From the NCBI GenBank assembly GCA_964019335.1, contig OZ025669.1:635094-699093 (forward strand): a DNA stretch of 64,000 bases, read 5' to 3'. The position numbers were made by a program, and so were the translations under genes. This DNA is from Diplonema japonicum (taxonomy: Eukaryota; Protista; Euglenozoa: Diplonemea). Below are positions 58,049-64,000 of the stretch, in pieces. Under the pieces are notes generated by a model, which had not been told where the DNA came from, made no database searches, and saw only the letters and a program-made list of their open reading frames with translations. Within the stretch, counting starts at the first letter, position 1. Every line of letters begins with the position of its first letter.

Positions 58049-58497
58049 CTTTTATTAAGAATCTCACCAATTAGTTTCTCTTCATTCTCTTTTTGGTTTA
58101 TTGAGAAGACGTTGTGAACAAAATCATAAAACCCATCCACAGGGCCCCTTGAACAGTAATATGTATAGTACATGAAGTAGCAGCACCAGTGACCGCAGAG
58201 CTTGCTCGAGGGGTGTTGTAGAGGGTATGTGTTGGCAAGGACATTGAGAGGAATCACGTCCTCAAGAACCGGGGTGGCAAGGCTGTCAAAGTAGAGGTTC
58301 TGGGTTTTGTTCATGTAGAGGCAGACCCAATGTGTTCCTGGTCCATTAGAATCGTCAAAGTTGATAACGTAGAATCCTGTTTGCAAACCATGAGGAACTT
58401 CATCTCGCATGAAGATACCATGCAGGGGAATCATATAGTACCTACACCACTCAATGATATCGGAATCATATAACCCGTCTATCTCATGCACCTTCAT
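58045..58497 (-). CDS. Adenain/Ulp1-like cysteine maturation protease
   Basis: VINFDDSNGPGTHWV, YFDS and Q....LCGHWC; His, Asp, Gln and Cys are intact. Confidence 0.9.
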   Translation of the reverse strand: MKVHEIDGLYDSDIIEWCRYYMIPLHGIFMRDEVPHGLQTGFYVINFDDSNGPGTHWVCLYMNKTQNLYFDSLATPVLEDVIPLNVLANTYPLQHPSSKLCGHWCCYFMYYTYYCSRGPVDGFYDFVHNVFSINQKENEEKLIGEILNKR

Positions 58498-58499
58498 TT

Positions 58500-58871
58500 T
58501 TAAAGAGAACGAGATAGAGACTTACCCGGAATGTACAATCCTTTTCCAAACATCTTCTGTCCTAACTTCTTCCCTCTATGAGCCACTAGAGCACTCAGAC
58601 CTGCAACAGCGATAGGTGCCAGGAATTGCAAGAACCCACCCTGCTTCCTCATGTGCAAGAGTTGTGTTTTTGAGAGCTTCAACATTACACTTGTCTTTGA
58701 ATTTACTGCTTTCATCAACTTGTTCTTTTGAGTCATTGTGATAGCTAACCTGTCACTCCCTGTCATTGAGGGATCAATCTTAAGGGTCACACCCACACCA
58801 TCTTCAACAGCCTTCTGTATAGACTTCTTCTGACATTCAGATAGTAACACATTGATGGTTTGGTAAGTCAT
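58500..58871 (-). CDS. Small basic virion protein with GGFL amphipathic segment
   Basis: LKLSKTQL...KQGGFLQFLAPIAVAGLSAL...GKGL, with glycine-pair protease-site-like motifs typical of adintoviruses and PLVs. Confidence 0.72.
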   Translation of the reverse strand: MTYQTINVLLSECQKKSIQKAVEDGVGVTLKIDPSMTGSDRLAITMTQKNKLMKAVNSKTSVMLKLSKTQLLHMRKQGGFLQFLAPIAVAGLSALVAHRGKKLGQKMFGKGLYIPGKSLSRSL

Positions 58872-58888
58872 TCTTTTTATAGAAAAAG

Positions 58889-59800
58889 ATGCAAACACTA
58901 GACACATTATGGGAAAGTGCGGATTACATAACATTTGTTGAGAAGCTGTACAAGATGCAGACAGGAGAAAAGAAGTACCCCAGGAAGCAGATTAAAGCCT
59001 TCCTTGAGAGACAGGAAGCCAATCAACTCTTCAGACAACCACCTCAGAAGCTGAAGGGACACATTGTTGCGTTCAAGGCAAATGATCTCATTCAGATGGA
59101 CCTCTTCGACTTTCAGAAACTGAAGCGTTCAAACAGCGGATATGCCTGGATACTTATTGCCGTAGATGTCTTCACCCGATACGCTTATGCTATTCCAATG
59201 AAGAGGAAGACCAAGAGTGAGACCCGTGAGGGAATAGTTAAGCTTCTTGACAAGCTACCTAAGAACCATCCACTCCCAAAGAGGTTTATGAGTGACAACG
59301 GACCAGAGTTTTTGAACAATGAAGTATCGACCCTCTTTGACCTCTACAACATTGAACACGACACAAATGAGATTGGTGATAGTGGTATCATTGATCGTTT
59401 CAGCAGGACAGTCAGAGAGAGGTTAGAGAAACACTTTGCTATCAACAAGACGTTAAACTGGATAGACTCACTGGACAAGCTTATCGAAGCCTACAACAAG
59501 ACGCCTCACACAACATTGCATGGGAGAACACCTGATTCAATTGAGAAGAATGACATGGAGATCTTGAAGGATAACCTTAAAAAAAACTATTCGGTTGAGC
59601 AGACGAGACTCAAGGTTGGTGATCAAGTGCGGAAGGCATTATCCAGGAACATCTTCTCAAAGGGTACTAAGCAACGCTACTCAAAAGAGACCTTCATGAT
59701 AGGGAGACTTAAACAGGTCAATGCGGTACTGAGTGATGGTTCAACCGAAAGGTTAGAAAACCTAATAAAAGTCAAGGATATCGAGATTGTCCTTGATTGA
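58889..59800 (+). CDS. Retroviral-type (rve) integrase
   Basis: QMDLFD, LIAVDVFTRYA, SDNGPEF, IIDRFSRT and YNKTPHTTL motifs. The third acidic residue is D; the C-terminus has KVGDQVR. Confidence 0.93.
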   Translation: MQTLDTLWESADYITFVEKLYKMQTGEKKYPRKQIKAFLERQEANQLFRQPPQKLKGHIVAFKANDLIQMDLFDFQKLKRSNSGYAWILIAVDVFTRYAYAIPMKRKTKSETREGIVKLLDKLPKNHPLPKRFMSDNGPEFLNNEVSTLFDLYNIEHDTNEIGDSGIIDRFSRTVRERLEKHFAINKTLNWIDSLDKLIEAYNKTPHTTLHGRTPDSIEKNDMEILKDNLKKNYSVEQTRLKVGDQVRKALSRNIFSKGTKQRYSKETFMIGRLKQVNAVLSDGSTERLENLIKVKDIEIVLD

Positions 59801-59846
59801 TTGATAGATTTTTTTTGTGACTTAAATAAATTATATTTTTTAAAAA

Positions 59847-62800
59847 ATGACAAAAAAATATAAAAAAATGGATCCTCTTGAAAACTTCTTCAAACAAGTA
59901 AAGAAGAAGGTTGAAGAGAATGCTCCGTTGCTCAAGGTAAAGAAAGACACAGAGAGGTTCTTAGGGAAGCTGAAGGGTGTGAAAGACCAGGCCTCTAAGT
60001 TGGTCACCCATATAAAAGAAGCTCGTGAGAAAGTTGGGGATAAGGCAGATGACTTCTTCAATGGACTTCAAGACAACCTATCTGAAAAGATTGAAAGCGC
60101 AAAGAAGTTCTTCGATAAAAAAGATAATCAGTTAAAGAATATTATCAAAACAAGTGAGAGAAGTGATGAAGAGGAAGCTCAAGCTGTAGTAGAGAACATA
60201 AACCAAGGAAGATATGTGACCTACACAACTAACACAAACATAATCCATCAACAACAGGAACTTGTTATCACAAAGCTCGAAACACACGGAAAGAACGAGA
60301 TAGAGGACTTCTTGAAGACTGGTATGATTGGATGTAAATTGAAAATGAGTATTGCATATACTGTCACAAATAAGGAAGGGGAAACATCTGAGAGAGTTCT
60401 TGGAAAGGAACTAAAATTCAATATTTCTGACGAAGCAGATCTCAAACAACTCTTCTATAACATCATGCAGGATGCACACAACAGAGAATATGATGAGAAC
60501 GGATCCAACTGGACATACGATAAGATCAAGTATGTTAGGCTATCATTGTTTGCCACAAACATCTCTCGAGGTGGAACATATAAACCCACTCCTGAAGGTA
60601 TTGGCAGCTGCATCAATGTTAAAAACGTAGGTCATGAAGATATTAAGAATGCATGCTTTAGACTAGCAGTGATGGTTCATGAACTGATGCAAACCAATCC
60701 TAATCACACAGAAAGAACAAAACTCAATCAATACTGGTCTAAAACAAAGGGCTTTAAGAAGAGCAAGTATAACTTCGATGGTATAAGTACAAAGGAACAA
60801 ACTACTTCAAAAGATATTGAACGCTTCATGAAGAACAACCCTGGAACCGTAGTAAATGTGTTTTCAGGGAAACCCAAAGCAATGTGTCTGACACACAAAG
60901 CAAGAAGATCAGAAGACACTATCAACCTTTACCACTATGATGAGCACTACGTTTATGTTAACAAACTGAATGCCCTTATTGGTGGATGTGAGGACAACCA
61001 ACATGTGTGTATCAACTGCATGCACTCAATGACAACAAAGGAAAGGTTACAGGAACATGAAGAACGATGTTTCAACAATGAGCCAGCAAAGGTTAACATG
61101 CCAAAGCCTGGGAAAATTGAGTTTAAAAACTATAAGAACATGATTGAAAACCCCTTCTTTATCGTGGCAGACTTTGAAGCCTTCACAGTACCAGTCACTG
61201 AAGAGGTAAAGGAGAAGACAAAGTCAGAAAATATACAACATCACATGCCTGCTTCTTGGAGGATGCAGGTTGTACCGAGAGATGACCTTGATATTAAAGG
61301 ATGGATATATGATAGCACCAGTCTCGATATGAGAGGAATTGTGAACCAAGAGGAGTACTCTAAGAAGGTTATGGATGCATTCTTCGATGCTTGTGACAAG
61401 ACAAGTGATCGTATCAAGAACTTCCTTAGAACACAAAGAAAAGAGTATGAAAACATAAACAACATGATTATCACAGAAAAACAACAAGAAGATCATAAAA
61501 GAGCTGAAAAATGTATGTATTGTGGAGAGAAGTTCAATATTGAACAGACTGAAACACAGAAAGTGCGCGATCATTGTCATCTCACAGGGAAGTATAGAGG
61601 AGCGGCTCACAATGAATGCAACAGGAGTGTTTCTGATGGTAATGAAACCCCAGTCTACTTCCACAATGGTAGGGTGTATGACTTCCATTTCTTGCTACAG
61701 TTGTTCAGTAGTAAGATTGGTGATAGAATCTCGGCAGACCAGCTTTCCATGATCAACAACAACAAGGAAAAGGTTCTTCAAATAAGTGTCACAATGCCAT
61801 CTTGTCATTATACTTTCATAAACAAGGAAAGGGAGGAAAAGAGAATAAGCTTACACAAGTTAGTCTTCAAGGATTCATATATGATGCTCCAAGCGAATCT
61901 AGCAAAATTGATAGAAAACCTCCCAGAAGAATCGAAGAAGATCCTTTCAAATTTAAAAAAGAGTGGGGAATTCACCCTTGAGCCACACCTATGGGACTAT
62001 GTTTTTAAAAAGGGGCACTTTCCTTATTCTTGGTTTAACAATTATAAGAAGATGAATATCTCTAACGAAGACTTCTTCAAAGAGCATGTGGAAAGAGAGA
62101 AGATGTGGTATGAAGATCTAACCCAAAGCTGTATCAGTGAAGAAGAGCACAAGAAGGTTTCTGAACTGGTTACTAGTCTTGGTTCCTTTAAGAAATTCCA
62201 CGATCTCTACTTAGCAATAGATGTTGCTGGGTTGGTTGATGTGATGTTGTATAACAGGAAACGAATGAAAGAGAGCTATGGTTTGGACTTTATCAAATAT
62301 CTTTCAACACCATCCTTCAGTTGGGATTGCCTCTTTAAGTATACAGGAGAAAAACTAGAGTATTTAACAGACCATGATATGTACATGTTCTTTGAGGAGA
62401 AGTGTGGTGGTTTCACATGCGCCATGACAAGGTATGCAGAGATGAAAGTGGAGGGGAAGACAGACGATGAGTACCTTCTCTATATTGATGCCAACAACCT
62501 TTATGGCCACGCTATGGCTCAAGAGCTACCATACAAGAACTTCAAGTGGATGTCATCTTCTGAACTAGAGTCTATTAAAGAAGGAAGCTACAGAGGAAAC
62601 GGAAGAGTGGAGGCAACACTTCGATACCCGGAAAGGTTGTGGGATGAACACTATGACTTCCCTATTGCACCATACAAGAGAAAGGTAACAGACATTGATT
62701 TATCTTTACATCAAAAAGAGTTGAAGGAGAGCTTAGGGATGAAAGGGGCAGGTTGTGAAAAGTTAATTGCGGACTTCCACAACAGAAAGAGTATGTATGA

Positions 62801-62957
62801 TGTTGAATACTTGAAGTTTTTGCTGAAGATGGGATTAGAGATTATTGAAGTGCATAGAGGAGTCAGTTTTGATAAGAAGGCATGGATGCAGTCTTACATT
62901 GACTACAACACCGAGATGAGAGCAGCCGCTACAGATAAAGCTGACAAGGCGCTGCTG
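59847..62957 (+). CDS. Protein-primed family B DNA polymerase (pPolB); recognisable sequence ends just before motif B
   Basis: Exo I ADFE, EndoVII-like VRDHCHLTGKYRGAAHNECN, Exo II HNGRVYDFHF, KGHFPY and motif A YIDANNLYGHAM. Motifs B (KxxxNxxxGK) and C (DTDS) are absent. Confidence 0.92.
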
Positions 62958-63125
62958 GTATGCCTTGATGGTCGGAGGGGGTAAGGTTGCTGGTGTGTGC
63001 GTCCCCCCTGTGCTGTGTATCCGCTTTCGTTGTGACCGTTGCTGAATACGAAGTAGAAAAAAAAAAGTAAACAAAACAAAAAAAGAAAGCAGCAACAAAA
63101 AAATGAAAAGAGGTTTTTTTTGCAC

Positions 63126-64000
63126 AACCCGCAAACCCGCAAACCCGCAAACCCGCAAACCCGCAAACCCGCAAACCCGCAAACCCGCAAACCCGCAAAC
63201 CCGCAAACCCGCAAACCCGCAAACCCGCAAACCCGCAAACCCGCAAACCCGCAAACCCGCAAACCCGCAAACCCGCAAACCCGCAAACCCGCAAACCCGC
63301 AAACCCGCAAACCCGCAAACCCGCAAACCCGCAAACCCGCAAACCCGCAAACCCGCAAACCCGCAAACCCGCAAACCCGCAAACCCGCAAACCCGCAAAC
63401 CCGCAAACCCGCAAACCCGCAAACCCGCAAACCCGCAAACCCGCAAACCCGCAAACCCGCAAACCCGCAAACCCGCAAACCCGCAAACCCGCAAACCCGC
63501 AAACCCGCAAACCCGCAAACCCGCAAACCCGCAAACCCGCAAACCCGCAAACCCGCAAACCCGCAAACCCGCAAACCCGCAAACCCGCAAACCCGCAAAC
63601 CCGCAAACCCGCAAACCCGCAAACCCGCAAACCCGCAAACCCGCAAACCCGCAAACCCGCAAACCCGCAAACCCGCAAACCCGCAAACCCGCAAACCCGC
63701 AAACCCGCAAACCCGCAAACCCGCAAACCCGCAAACCCGCAAACCCGCAAACCCGCAAACCCGCAAACCCGCAAACCCGCAAACCCGCAAACCCGCAAAC
63801 CCGCAAACCCGCAAACCCGCAAACCCGCAAACCCGCAAACCCGCAAACCCGCAAACCCGCAAACCCGCAAACCCGCAAACCCGCAACCCGCAAACCCGCA
63901 AACCCGCAAACCCGCAAACCCGCAAACCCGCAAACCCGCAAACCCGCAAACCCGCAAACCCGCAAACCCGCAAACCCGCAAACCCGCAAACCCGCAAACC
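63126..64000 (+). repeat. (AAACCCGC)n 8-bp tandem array, about 109 units, telomere-like; continues past the window end
   Basis: Near-perfect repeat with one internal 7-bp variant near 63885. Confidence 0.97.

Larger units (their letters stand above)
52410..62957. mobile_element. Endogenous Polinton/Maverick-adintovirus-like virus, partial and partly decayed
   Basis: Clustered penton, packaging ATPase, adenain, PLA2 protein, rve integrase and protein-primed PolB. AT-rich, compact and bidirectional, unlike the host cluster. Confidence 0.93.

Noticed and set aside
62835-63997. Three long minus-strand ORFs of (GLRVCGFA)n
   Set aside because: Artefact of a stop-free 8-bp tandem repeat.

Overview
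This is eukaryotic protist DNA, most likely a euglenozoan such as a diplonemid (inferred from gene organisation, short GT-AG introns and a kinetoplastid-style adenylate cyclase). It has four zones. (1) 1-42.3 kb: 16 tightly packed host genes, all on the minus strand, consistent with a polycistronic, trans-spliced unit. They include a giant HECT ligase, PDK1, a TPR protein, a pseudo-PARP/B-box protein, a kinesin-LamG-IQ-pseudocaspase chimera, a receptor adenylate cyclase, biotin ligase, a CLK kinase and an FKBP. (2) 42.5-52.4 kb: a CpG-decayed block of nested DNA transposons. Two inverted copies of a 1.8-kb TIR element have swapped 7-bp target-site duplications and split a hAT transposase, which records a ~4-kb inversion. 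(3) 52.4-63.0 kb: an endogenous Polinton/adintovirus-like virus with penton, core protein, packaging ATPase, PLA2 protein, adenain protease, GGFL protein, rve integrase and pPolB. No major capsid gene or TIRs are visible. It contains an intact three-intron, tuzin-like P-loop NTPase gene that the ORF track misses. (4) 63.1-64 kb: a near-perfect (AAACCCGC)n telomere-like array in the orientation opposite to a right-hand chromosome end. All family assignments come from motif recognition by eye; no database searches were run.
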